DNA of 64,000 nt, taken from contig NC_135769.1 of the NCBI RefSeq assembly GCF_052425735.1, forward strand, positions 5,704,001 to 5,768,000, in the 5' to 3' direction. A program made the position numbers and the translations under genes. The notes under the pieces are model-generated. The model saw only the letters and a program-made list of their open reading frames with translations, was not told the DNA's origin and made no database searches. Positions within the stretch are counted from its first letter, which is position 1. Each line of letters starts with the position of its first letter. Positions 10,601 to 21,607 of this stretch are shown here, one piece after another. This DNA comes from Oculina patagonica. Its lineage: Eukaryota.

Positions 10601-12903
10601 AGACCTTTGTGGTCGGTGGGTGGGTGCGGACCGCCCCTGTCTAAGGCCCTGTATAGTAATAGACAATAGACAACTCTATGGAAAAAATCCCTTGGTAATA
10701 TGGTTCTAACTCACCTGCTCATTGACATTTGCTCTAGATGGTCCTGTATTTATAAGCACTTTAGCCACATCAGCGTGACCATTCCATGCAGCCAAGTGAA
10801 GGGGATAATTCCCTGTTATAAATAAAAGAAAGAGTTTTGATAAAACTTTCTTGCTCAGAACAATTAACAAACAAGGCCAGCACTCCAACAGTTACAGAGT
10901 AGTTGAATGCAGAGATTAAACACCCTTTTGATTTAAAGCCACCCCACCAACCTCCCAACATGTGTTAATTGAGTACACTTACCAGAATTATCTGGAATGT
11001 TAGTTGATGCATCATACTTCAGAAGAAGCTCTGCTGATGATCTAGGAGTGAACATGCAGAAAGGCATGACTTGAAATCATAATAAATTATACTAAAAATT
11101 TAAGCAGAACGACAAAGTAGCAGTTATTATGCGAGACTGGTACAAATCAGGGCATACCGTAGAATTCCGGTTATAAGCCCTGGGCTTATACAACTTCGTA
11201 AGGGTTTTTGGGTGGGCTTATAAGCGGGGGGGGCTTATATCCGGGAGGGCTTATATTAAGCGGAATGAAAAAAAAATGTTTCGAAACGAGCCCTGGGAGT
11301 GTAGATCGAAATACGTTTTTAAGTTAAAAACGCACAAAAAGCAACATTAAGCCCTGTTCAGTACTGCCATCCAGAAGAGGGGGGCTTATATCCGGGGGGC
11401 TTATAATCGGATGTATTTTATTTTTTTGTTTCCAGGTTGATGGGCCTATAACTGGGGGGGCTTATAACCGGAATTCTACGGTATGCAGGTCTGAATGTAG
11501 AATAGTTAAACCTTTGGCATGACTATTCGGAATAAACAGGGCAGTTTCTGCATACTAAAGGAGGCCCAGTGGCCTAATGGTTAGCGCGCTGCAGACTCCG
11601 GATCGAGCGGTCTGGGTTTGAGCCCTGGCCAGGGCCACTGTGTTGTGTTTCTGGGCAATACACTTTACTCTCTCCACCCAGGTGACAAAATAATGCTGGG
11701 GGGTTAACCCTGCAATAGACTAGCATCCCATTCAGAGGGGAGGAGAAATATTCCTAGCCGCTTAATGTTACAGAAACCGGGATAAGCTCCAGCAGTATTG
11801 GCCGCATGGCTCAAGGTTTCCCCTTTTACTGTGAAGGAAGCAATTTGTCAGGGCATTTTGTCTTGGGGGTGAGGGGGTATATTGACCAGTTTCTAAGTGT
11901 CTGTGTGACTCAAACCAGTAACAGGCAGACCAGTAAAATTAGACTGCATGTAGATATGAGACAGTTGGCATGAAAGCATCTTGTACTATTCTGAATCAGA
12001 TTAGTCTGACTAGTTTGTGCCAAGTGCAAGACTTCTGAGGGGGGGTGGCAGGGGCTCAAACTTTGGCAGCGAGAGAGCTACGTAAATGGATAATTAGACT
12101 ATTTTGCCCAGGCTGCATTCCGTCCAAGTTGCGCCAAAGATCTTCAGCGTGGATCTTTGCCTTTTTCAATACAATCCTTTAAATCTTGGCATACACTTGG
12201 CAAATCTTCGCCGTAAGCTTCCCTTGGAATGCACCTTCAGTTGGTATTTTGCAATGGGTACAAACCCATCACTGAGAATAATTAAAAAGCAATGAATAAA
12301 CCAAAAAACAAACAAATAAATAAATAAGTAAATTTATTTAATAAATAAATAAATGAATAAACAAATAAAGCTTTTAAGTAATTAAGAACCAATTTAGTGT
12401 TGGCAAATCGAAATGCAATCTTAGAAATAAGTAATATAAAGCTTTGCGATTTTGAAAATGTGATGTCCAAACATAAATCGCAAACGTTCTAGCCAAACGA
12501 TTTTCTAATGAGAAATCGCAAAGAATGACTTCATTCGATTTGGGACCATTTGTTTTTGTATAGTAATTAGAGAATGAAACACGCATCAACAAATCTCTTT
12601 CGAAATTATTATAATTTAATACCTGTGGCCATTTAAAGCTGCATAATGAAGTGGAGTATAACCAAGCTCGTCTTGATGATTAGGGTTTACAGTCTTGCTC
12701 ATCAAACTACAAAAACGTGAATGTGATCAGTGAATCGAGAACGCGAAAACAAATGAGCAATTAGTTTTCATTTCCTGTCAAACTCAGACAGCACCCAAAT
12801 ACCTCTGGATCCCCGACTTCCTCGCTTTGTGGCCGAGAATCTTCTCGATGTGTGCAACGTTTCCAGTCTTTGCTGCTTGCAGAAGGTCTTGCTCTTTCCC
12901 CAT
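1649..12903 (-). CDS. ANKS1: Ankyrin repeat and SAM domain-containing protein 1 (ANKS1A/B-like), N-terminal ankyrin region; 3' end lies beyond the left edge
   Basis: Nine GT-AG exons in consistent phase: 12903-12803, 12706-12623, 11041-10983, 10812-10715, 4929-4855, 4597-4517, 4341-4195, 3736-3661, 1750-1649. Translation [21 protein letters not shown]...[13 protein letters not shown]...[11 protein letters not shown]...[11 protein letters not shown]...PLDLAAQYG...[12 protein letters not shown]...[10 protein letters not shown]...[10 protein letters not shown] follows the ANKS1 N-terminus as I recall it. Caskin is the closest alternative. Confidence 0.9.
1762..2211. mobile_element. Non-autonomous TIR element, Ginger-like (TGT...ACA ends, 4-bp TSD TGTA)
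   Basis: TIR TGTTGCAGTTAATTTTTGATCTCAGTTAATT and its reverse complement ending at 2211; TGTA at 1758-1761 and 2212-2215; subterminal AACTAGTT repeats. Confidence 0.8.
3103..3598. mobile_element. MITE with CAGAAACCCATAAGGGTTGAAACG TIRs (hAT-like ends)
   Basis: Perfect 24-bp TIRs, extending imperfectly to about 30 bp; flanked by a 52-bp direct repeat (3051-3102 and 3600-3651). Confidence 0.8.
5438..9188 (-). pseudogene. LINE ORF2 (endonuclease/reverse transcriptase), disrupted
   Basis: SLNVRGL, LLQES, GGDFN, RLDY, SDH (APE); [27 protein letters not shown] (RT); CELC...HMFCEC. Broken by an in-frame stop at 8973-8975 and frameshifts near 8446-8452, 7944-7947 and 6622-6629. Confidence 0.92.
9599..10447 (-). 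CDS. LINE ORF1p (coiled coil, RRM-like region, C-terminal domain), 282 aa, intact
   Basis: Heptad-rich region followed by [14 protein letters not shown]..., HR...[15 protein letters not shown] and WTIDGKIF motifs typical of LINE ORF1. Confidence 0.85.
   Translation of the reverse strand: MGANRKKRKQRNTGSPPSKTSKMSASPGSASADESGEAVSNKEIWKILKTIQENTDQLLKENKDLKEQYAELRTSLEFHVEKLEKVEKENVNLKTEVTRLQNALNKEADQVSKLRNDLKATNSNLDDLEQYTRKYNLEFHDFPEEDDENIAELIIKLGNLLNVKIAKGDIDICHRMAQNPRFAHKPRPIIVRFRSYRAKKELYSARKQLRRIDVNQVFPGTTQVFINENLTKSRRQLFGKARKAKDDKEWHSAWTIDGKIFIKRSVDERPIRILKAEDLNIS
11157..11481. mobile_element. Tc1/mariner-type MITE (CCGTA...TACGG, TA TSD)
   Basis: TIR CCGTAGAATTCCGGTTATAAGCCC; TA on both sides; internal GGGCTTATA repeats; sister copy at 50439-50784. 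Confidence 0.85.
11560..11826 (+). mobile_element. tRNA-derived SINE (family B)
   Basis: A box TGGCCTAATGG and B-box-like GGTTTGAGCC, followed by a body shared with 61141-61425. Confidence 0.78.
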
Positions 12904-12983
12904 CTTCCCTGGGTAGGTGAGAAATTGGCTGCCTTGGTGCAAAAATCAATCAGCATTTGTACGTGATAAATTACAAGATCAAT

Positions 12984-12993
12984 CCGCCATTTT
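12984..12993 (-). promoter_or_regulatory. YY1-type motif (AAAATGGCGG) in the ANKS1 5' region
   Basis: CCGCCATTTT about 80 bp upstream of the ANKS1 ATG; motif match only. Confidence 0.45.
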
Positions 12994-14225
12994 GTTTTGC
13001 GTTGACTGGTTTGGACTCGCTCCAGTCCCTTCCGTTAGATTGCAATCATTTCTGCTTGCGGGCCCTCAGTTCACGGTCCGACTTTCAGTGCGTTTTTCAA
13101 TGACGAAAACACCGAAAATATTCTTCTTTACACAGTCCAGTACTATTTGATTATTTCTATCATTGAATAAACGCAGAAATTTCAAGGTAATTTCATCATC
13201 GGAGTATCAGAAATGAAACTTAGTTATGAATGCACAATTAAAGTTGCTTCCGTGTTTGCGTTTAATTAAGCGGCGTTCAGGCATAACAAATAACTTCAGT
13301 ATTTGACTGTTTGGTGAATTGAATACTGAGTACTTGTTTATCCAAGTGTTACATATCGTTTTCCCAATTTCCGCACTTAAGCTGCCCCTCCCTCCCCCCT
13401 ATCCGATCTATAGTTCGGCAGCGGCCAGAGCACTCGCACATGCAAGATGAACTTACGAAAAGAATGTTTATACGTACTTTACATAAAATACAAGTTGCAG
13501 TGGAACCAAGGAATAGTAAAAACTTTCGAGAATGGCACGTTGGCCACAAAGCACTTATAAAAACTGATATAGATACAGGGTATCCCCTGATAAATGGCAT
13601 ATTCTTTCTTGTGGTTGCTAATGCAGTGTTGTGGACCGAATTATGTAAAAGAAAGTGATGAAGACCTTCAAGGCTATAGCTTAGTTTTTACCTACAACCC
13701 TGGACTGAAACGGGACGCTAAACACACTTCGCTAATATAGTCATAACCGAGTTCTAAAAGAAAGGTTGCATTGGGAGTGTTGATATAACTAACTGACTAT
13801 TTCAGTTGTCCCCCTCTCTCTCGCCTCCCCCAAGCAACTGATTGTGATGAAAACGATTTGAATGCCCGGACGTCAACACCGGAGGAGTAGGGGGAGCTAG
13901 GGAAGATGCGTAATTTTGCCAAGCAATAACCGTTAGTGTGCCCAAGAGTATTGACCAGTTTTACGTACAGACAGGCTACAAGTCGAAAGTCAGGAATATG
14001 CCGTGGAAGCTAACTATACGGACAATGGTTTTGAAAGGACTAGAACGTAATCTGCTAAATGTTTAGGGTTTTGTAAAGTGACCGTCAAAAATCTCTCTAG
14101 TCTACACACTAGCGAACAGGCTGGTTTAAGTCTACTTCCGCCCTGAAGACCAGCATGATGATCAGCGCTCAGCAGCTGTTTGCTAGCCTGTGAACAGCCG
14201 TCCCCTTCCTCTGTCCACTATCATG

Positions 14226-14386
14226 TAGACTAAGAACAGCCCTTCCCTTTTCTTAGTCCGTCAAAGGTGAAGCAAAAAAAGCCTAAGTGGAAAAACAGCG
14301 GCGCGACCATTTTCCACTCGCGCTCTTTTTTGCTTCACCTTTGACGGACTAAGATCTAGGAAAGGGATGGGGCTGTTCGTAGTCTA
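14226..14386. mobile_element. Short fold-back element (TAGACT...AGTCTA)
   Basis: Near-perfect hairpin across the whole length; flanking duplication TCATG (or CTATCATG). Confidence 0.7.
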
Positions 14387-14405
14387 TCATGCTACTAACA
14401 ATATA

Positions 14406-14578
14406 CAGTAGAACCCCGGTAACTCGAACTCTGAAGGGAAACGAAAAACAGTTCGAGTAAGCGGGGTTTTCGAGTTAACCGAGTAAAAATGACTGAAAAG
14501 CGGATCCAAGGGAAATGGAAGTCTGTCCGAGTTAGCCGGGGTTGTTCGAGTTATCCGAGTTTTACCGGGGTTCTACTG
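14406..14578. mobile_element. Tc1/mariner (pogo/Tigger-like) MITE, CAGT...ACTG, TA TSD
   Basis: TIR CAGTAGAACCCCGGTAA; TA on both sides. Confidence 0.8.
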
Positions 14579-14922
14579 TATAACCTTCAATTTTAATGGG
14601 TCTGACACAATTTTGTTTGGATTATTTTTTACTAAAAACAAAATCTGCTTTCATTAGTAACTACAAGTCAAATTAAACATTGGACTACGAAGAACTACTG
14701 AGTTATTTCCCTAAAAATGCTCGAACACCTTGCTGTCCGGGCGAGTCACATTTAGGCGAGTAACAAATTCGCGTCTATATTCGACAATTGCAGATAAACT
14801 AAGAAATGGTGCGAACCTTACTCAACATTTTATACACAACTAAATATTTGTAACCTACTCTATCAAACATAAAAATAATAATAATCTAGTGGATTGCGCG
14901 CAAAATTATTGCATGCGCCACA

Positions 14923-16637
14923 TCAATCGTCCTCATTTCTTGAAGAGCAAGCCCGTCCTGACGACTGATTACTTGCAGTTCGCGGTATGGATGAAGAACT
15001 CGCGAGCCAACGATGGCATACAATATCTTCAATGCTTATTCGCGATTTAAAATCCAAGTTAAGCATACTGCGGATGAGATCTTTGCAGTCGTCTGAAATT
15101 TGTTGTTTCGGCTTGTGGAAGCTGACACCTCGTTTGATCTGCCCCAGTAACACCTTCATGTCACTGTCATCAAATGGCATCCGTCCCGTCACCATGGTGT
15201 AGAGGACCACACCCATACTCCATACATCAGCTTTTTCACCATCGTATGGAATACCTTTTGAGAAAGAAAGAAATTAAAAAGAAATGTCTAGATAAACAGA
15301 AACAAATTACTGAGGTAACCCGATTCTCATATCCTGCGTTTTCATGCTTAACTATTTTTAGAAAGAAAAAAGATGATATATAAAATAATTGACAGTTCTC
15401 CAAGTAGACCTCTTTAGCTTCGTTTGTTTGTTGTCCCATTTCAGACCACGTGATGTTACCCTTGAGATATTCTCTCTTTCAAATTCAAACAAATTTACAT
15501 GGTCCAAATAAATGGATAACTTCCAGATAAAAAAAGGAACAATTATATGGAAAACATCGCATGACTTGACTAAGTAATTTACATACGTTGCTGAAAAGGT
15601 CTTAAACAGTTCTGAAGTAGTGTTATATCATTATCAAATAACTCTCTAATCTAATGGTCTCCCTCCCCAGGCTTCCAACCCTTGAGCGTAAGGTGATGAA
15701 AACCAGGAGTGGCAAAGTGGTGAGATCGTTTGCTTCCACCGTTTCCAGGGCTTTTCATCTTGGAAATTGGGAGACGCTGGGAAAAGGCCGGGAACGATCC
15801 CTAAAATGTCAGCTGACGCAAAAGGGATACGTTTTTGTGTTGCAATTTGGAGGGGAGGGGTTAGCCGCCGTTGGAAATGTTACTCAGTGGTCAGAAATGT
15901 TAGAGAAATAAACTGAGCTCACGACTTAAATTAAGATTGGAAAAAATAACCATGGAAACCAGCGGCACACTCCTATATACGTCATACAGAAGTATTTAAA
16001 CCAGGCTGGGTAATGCAAAGTTGATATCAACTATATTACCTTTGAGAATCTCATAGGCCGCATATGCAGCCGAGCCACAAAAGGTCTTGCAAAATTCCGA
16101 TTTGTTAAACTGTTTGGCAAAACCAAAGTCGGTAATCTTCACATTAGCTCTCTCGTCCAAGAGGATGTTTTCACACTTCAAGTCGCGGTGTAGCACTCCG
16201 TTTTCATGGCAATGCTTGACAGCTTGCACCATCTGCATAAAGATTTTCTTGCTCAAATTTTCTCTAACAAATCCTTTGGTCTTTATGTAATCCAGTAGAT
16301 CGCCTCCGGTGGCTATATCCATAACCACATAAACTTTTTCGCCAATGTCTAGTACTTCATACAAGTGTATAATGTTTGGATGTTCAAGCAGCTGGATTAT
16401 GCTAAGTTCCCGAGGAAGAAATCTCTTTAAAAAATCTTCAGGAGCCTTTTTGCGGTCCACTATCTTAATCGCTACATGAAGCTTCATTTTTCTTGAATAC
16501 GCTCTTCTAACTTTAGCGTAAGAACCCTCTCCAAGGGGTGGATCTTCAAGAAGCTCGTAACCATTTTGTCTCAAAAATCGTCCGTTGAAAGATTGTTTGG
16601 ACATAACATGAGAAAAGAACCGCGTTATGGCAGACAT
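14923..16637 (-). CDS. TSSK: Testis-specific serine/threonine kinase family (TSSK-like), 309 aa, two exons
   Basis: Exons 16637-16040 and 15254-14923 (GT-AG, phase 1). Motifs GEGSYAKV, VAIK, KRFLPREL, HRDLKCENILL, DFG, KTFCGSAAY, GIPYD, DVWSMGV, MPFDDSD are characteristic of TSSKs. Confidence 0.92.
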
Positions 16638-17891
16638 TGAAGATCTTTGCAGCTCACAATAGTGATTAACGTTCAGTTAAATGGTTAATGCAAGTTCTAT
16701 TTCCAATTATTGCGTCACAATGATATATCTCGCCGGCACGCGCTGCTTGTCCGTGCACGCGCGCGCTCACTTGAAAACTAAAACGCGTACAGTACTGAGT
16801 CATAAACGAAAATAACTTATTGCGTTCGACGAAGGAGAACGCATACTAATCGCGTCGTTTACCCGACGTCAGTCCCGCGGGTTCTATGGTTCAGTCCCGC
16901 GGGTATCGATCGCCTGATGCCATAACCGTTTGAGACTTTTTGGACTGCTACAAGTGACCTCGACCTCATGCAGAGGGCCTCAATCTCATGCATATCAAAA
17001 TGGCATCGAATTTGCATTTTTTGTGTAAACAAAATTAATGCGTGGAACGTGTACCCGAAGTTAAAATAATACCGAAAATGTCATGGGAAGAATATCATCC
17101 AGGGAAGTAGAGTTTAAGTCAGCCATCGAACTCGAAAAAAGTGGAAATCGAGTGAGTCATTTCGTGTGTCGCTTTGAAGTTTAGTACGTCCGCGCGAAAA
17201 TCTTTCCACATTGACTTTTTTTGTAAAACTTTCACCGCTGTGAGATTATGAGTTACCCATGTCAGAAATGTAATAAAATTGGGGGTTACCGGCCATTTAA
17301 AAGCTGCAAGCGAAGTGAACGCAACGGCGACCATCAGCGCGCGCTTAATTATTGCGACATGAATTGCGTGCGCAGTAAGGATGCGCATAAACAACGAAGT
17401 TGTCCATGTTCTTCGACGTGCTTGTGTTCGCGTCTTTGGAGGTCAGTCGTGTAAAGACGACGAAAATTGTCTCGAACGCACTCCGCTAATCCATGATTAT
17501 TACTAGTTAATAAAATAATTGCGTTTCGTTTTGTATCAATACTGACTGACAAAATAGACAACCAGATACACGGAAGAGAGATTTATATCATCGTCATTTC
17601 TCTAAAAGTTCTTATCCATGTTCTGCTAACCATTTTGCGTCACTTGTATTTTCTAGCCTCTCAGATCGAGCCTTTGTGTAAGGGCATGGCTGCACGCGAA
17701 ACTAACCCGAAAACGAGTCGTAATGTTAAAAATAGTACACAGGAAGATGGTTCTCGTCTAAACTGACTGTTTTCTTGGAGTTTTATTATTGTAAAATAAC
17801 TTTAAAATCAATATAGCATCAGTATCAATATTTGCTGCCGCAGCGAGAAAGAGTGAGGCAGCTCTCTAGACGGCAAAGGATTACTTTATAA

Positions 17892-18739
17892 TGGCCAAAT
17901 TTTAACTATTTTAACCATGGTTATTATGGCCAAATTTGACCATTTTAACCATGGTTAATAGGGCCAAATTATGACCATTTTAACCATGGTTAATAGGGCC
18001 AAATTTTGACCATTTTAACCATGGTTAATTGGGCCAAATTTTGACCATTTTAACCATGGTTAATTGGGACAAATTTTGACCATTTTAACCATGGTTAATT
18101 GGGACAAATTTTGACCATTTTAACCATGGTTAATTGGGACAAATTTTGACCATTTTAACCATGGTTAATTGGGACAAATTATGACCATTTTAACCATGGT
18201 TAATAGGGCCAAATTATGACCATTTTAACCATGGTTAATAGGGCCAAATTTTGACCATTTTAACCATGGTTAATTGGGCCAAATTTTGACCATTTTAACC
18301 ATGGTTAATTGGGACAAATTTTGACCATTTTAACCATGGTTAATTGGGACAAATTTTGACCATTTTAACCATGGTTAATTGGGACAAATTTTGACCATTT
18401 TAACCATGGTTAATTGGGACAAATTTTGACCATTTTAACCATGGTTAATTGGGCCAAATTTTGACCATTTTAACCATGGTTAATTGGGACAAATTTTGAC
18501 CATTTTAACCATGGTTAATTGGGCCAAATTTTGACCATTTTAACCAGGGTTAATTGCGACAAATTTTGACCATTTTAACCATGGTTAATTGGGACAAATT
18601 TTGACCATTTTAACCATGGTTAATTGGGCCAAATTTTGACCATTTACACCATGGTTAATTGGGCCAAATTTTGACCATTTTAACCATGGTTAATTGGGCC
18701 AAATTTTGACCATTTTAACCATGGTTATTTTGGCCAAAT
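17892..18739. repeat. 35-bp tandem minisatellite, about 24 copies
   Basis: Unit GGG(A/C)CAAATTTTGACCATTTTAACCATGGTTAATT; period 35 (e.g. 18066 and 18101); each unit contains the 14-bp palindrome TTAACCATGGTTAA. Confidence 0.97.
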
Positions 18740-19477
18740 GTTGGTCATTCAGGATGTGCAGTGGAGTTCAATGTGATCCTCAATGATTCCCGCCCTAAAT
18801 CAATTTGAGTCATTATGACGGAAGATGCAGGCGAAGCTCACATGTGCGTCCTTCTCCTTTTCATTACCTTTTTGCTTTTTACCATGCAGGAAAGTAATAT
18901 ACGGTCCACGTGCGCGTGCGACATTAGCAACATGAACCTTCGTCACTACATGGATAACGAATTGAGAGGAAATAATTTTTAACGTTAGCTGAATGCTTTG
19001 CATTTCAGATCAATGTTTAAAGGAAGGAATTTCGCCTTTCAGTGCTTGTTCTTGGGTTATTTCAAGCCTGCGTAGTTTTGCCCGTGTATTTTCCCTTGCG
19101 TGGCCGTCTTGCGCCTTTCGCGTTTCCCAAACGCGCGCTCAAAAGCTACACACGCGCCTGCTACGCAGCCTAACGCAGGCTAGGTCATTTCCAGAAGGGA
19201 CATGAAACGGAAAATTTTTTATCGTCGCTTTCGCCGTGGCAAGAGTTCCGCAGGAGGCATTAAAAATATGAAACGTTTATTTTCCGAGTAGGAAAAGCAA
19301 CATGTTTTCACGCGAGTTTTTGAGAGTACAGCAAATTTGTTTTCACTGGAGAGAAACAACCATGCGACTACGTTCACTCTTCACAATGCGTAAAACAATG
19401 ACAGCATTAAATTTAGAAATACGTTTAACTATAAAGATAAGCTTAAGGACGGAACGACGCTTCTGTGTCATCAAAGT

Positions 19478-19549
19478 TAGGTAAGTAAGTAGGTAGGTAG
19501 GTAGGTAGGTAGGTAGGTAGGTAGGTAGGTAGGTAGGTAGGTAGGTAGG
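19478..19549. repeat. (TAGG)n microsatellite
   Basis: Directly visible. Confidence 0.97.
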
Positions 19550-19706
19550 CAAAGCATCTCTCGTCTTTCAATAGCTAGTTCGAGCAAATTTTCATTGTAC
19601 CCAAACCAAATCCAATAAGGGACGAACCATTATTTTCTTGGAAGGGGGGGGGGGGGTAGTATGAAAAATTTTCCTCTGCAAACATTTTTTTAGTTTATGC
19701 ACCTCT

Positions 19707-21186
19707 TTAACAAGGGTAACATGTTAACACGATGGTAAAATGTCACCATGTTTCCATGTTAACACAATGTTAACATGTTACCATGTTTCCATTTTAACGT
19801 GTTAAAACGATGTTAACATGTTACCATGTTAACGTGTTAAAACGATGTTAACATGTTACCATGTTAACATGATGTTAACATGTTACCATGTCAACGTGTT
19901 AACACGATGTTAACACGTTAACATGGTAACATCATGTTAACACGTTGACATGTCAACGTGTTAACACGATGTTAACATGTTAACGTGTTAACACGATGTT
20001 AACATGTTAACGTGTTAACACCATGTTATCATGTTAACGTGTTAACACCATGTTACCATGTTAACGTGTTAACATGATGTTAACATGTTAACATGTTTCC
20101 ATGTTAACGTGTTAACACGAAGTTAACATGTTAACATGTTACCATGTTAACATGTTACCATGTTAACACGATGTTAACATGTTACCACGTTACCATGTTA
20201 CCATGTTAACACGATGTTAACATGTTACCATGTTAACATGTTACCATGTTAACACGATGTTAACATGTTAACATGTTAACACATGTTAACAGCTTAACAT
20301 GGTAACATGTTAACATCGTGTTAACACGATGTTACCATGTTAACACGATGTTAACATGTTACCACGTTACCATGTTACCATGTTAACACGATGTTAACAT
20401 GTTACATATTACCATGTTAACGTGTTAACACGATGTTACTATGTTACCGTGTTAACGTGTGAACAGGATGTTACCATGTGAACATGTTAACATGATAACA
20501 TGTTAACACGATGTTAACATGTGACCATGTTAACGTGTTAACAGGATGTTACCATGTGAACATGTTAACATGATAACATGTTAACACGATGTTAACATGT
20601 TAACGTGTTAACACCATGTTACCATGTTAACATGTTAACGTGTTAACATGATGTTAACACGTTACCATGTCAACGTTGTTAACACGTTACCATGTCAACA
20701 TGTTGCCATGTTAATACGATGTTAACATGTTAACATGTTAACAGCTTAACATGGTAACATGTTAACATCGTGTTAACACGATGTCAACATGTTGCCATGT
20801 TAACACGATGTTAACATGTTAACAGCTTAACATGGTAACATGTAACATGTTAACACGATGTTAACATGTTACATGTTACCATGTTAACGTGTTAACGCGA
20901 TGTTAACATGTTACATGTTACCATGTTAACGTGTTAACACGATGTTAACATGTTACCGTGTTAACGTGTGAACAGGATGTTACCATGTGAACATGTTAAC
21001 ATGATAACATGTTAACACGATGTTAACATGTGACCATGTTAACTTGTTAACAGGATGTTACCATGTGAACATGTTAACGTGTTAACATGTTACCATGTTA
21101 ACACGATGTTAACATTGTAACATGTTAACAGGATGTTAACAAGTTACGATGTTACCAGGTTAACTTGTTAACACGATGTTAACATG
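19707..21186. repeat. Complex modular GTTAAC/CATG tandem array, about 1.5 kb
   Basis: Built from 8-mers ATGTTAAC, GTGTTAAC, ATGTTACC and ATGTGAAC with 3-nt linkers (ACG, ACC, ATG, AGG). Confidence 0.95.
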
Positions 21187-21607
21187 CCAGATAAAGTGAC
21201 AAATTGCGTTCTGATATGTGACAAATTTGCGTTCTGATATGTGACCAGGCGCAAGGCAGGATTTCAATCAAGTGACAGCGCGCACAAAGTTAACTGAAAC
21301 AGTTAGTTACTCTGCTATTCAAGGCAAATTTTGTGAAACTTGAATCAACTCGAACTTCTCACTTCAGTCTTGCCTGCGATCTGATCGGCGAGCGAAGGGA
21401 CTGGGGTAGGAATAAAAAACCTCTCCCCCCCCCCCCCAACTCCTTTTTCTTCCAGCTTTCTTTTCGCCCCATCCTAAACCGGAGAGCCTGTTCACAGGCT
21501 AACTTCAGTCTAATTTTACTGCTGTGACATGCAACTTGAAAAGGAGATCGGAAAGGCGCGAACTTCGTGTGTCACGCAACATGGGGAGTGACCTGGCGTA
21601 AAACTAC

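Larger units (their letters stand above)
5066..10651. mobile_element. Short CAGG(G)CC-ended MITE split by the LINE (pieces 5066-5153 and 10556-10651)
   Basis: Imperfect TIRs CAGGCCGTAGGCAGG / CCTGTCTAAGGCCCTG; GGGTGGGTGCG motif in both halves; about 175 bp after removing the LINE and one TSD copy. Confidence 0.6.

Noticed and set aside
11560-11640. tRNA gene (also near 760-830, 2000-2060, 50870, 58000 and 61141)
   Set aside because: A/B boxes are present but there is no convincing cloverleaf, and they sit within dispersed repeat bodies, so they are SINE-type heads.
17501-17560. Helitron 3' end (CTAG) on the minus strand
   Set aside because: No convincing GC-rich subterminal hairpin or matching 5' TC end was found.
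17892-18739. CRISPR-like array (35-bp palindromic repeats)
   Set aside because: Units are contiguous with no unique spacers, there are no cas genes, and the context is spliced eukaryotic genes.
19343-19552. PTYL-repeat ORF
   Set aside because: Translation of the (TAGG)n microsatellite.
19707-21186. Coding repeat protein or CRISPR array
   Set aside because: TAA-rich on both strands with no ORF of 60 aa or more; no repeat-spacer structure.
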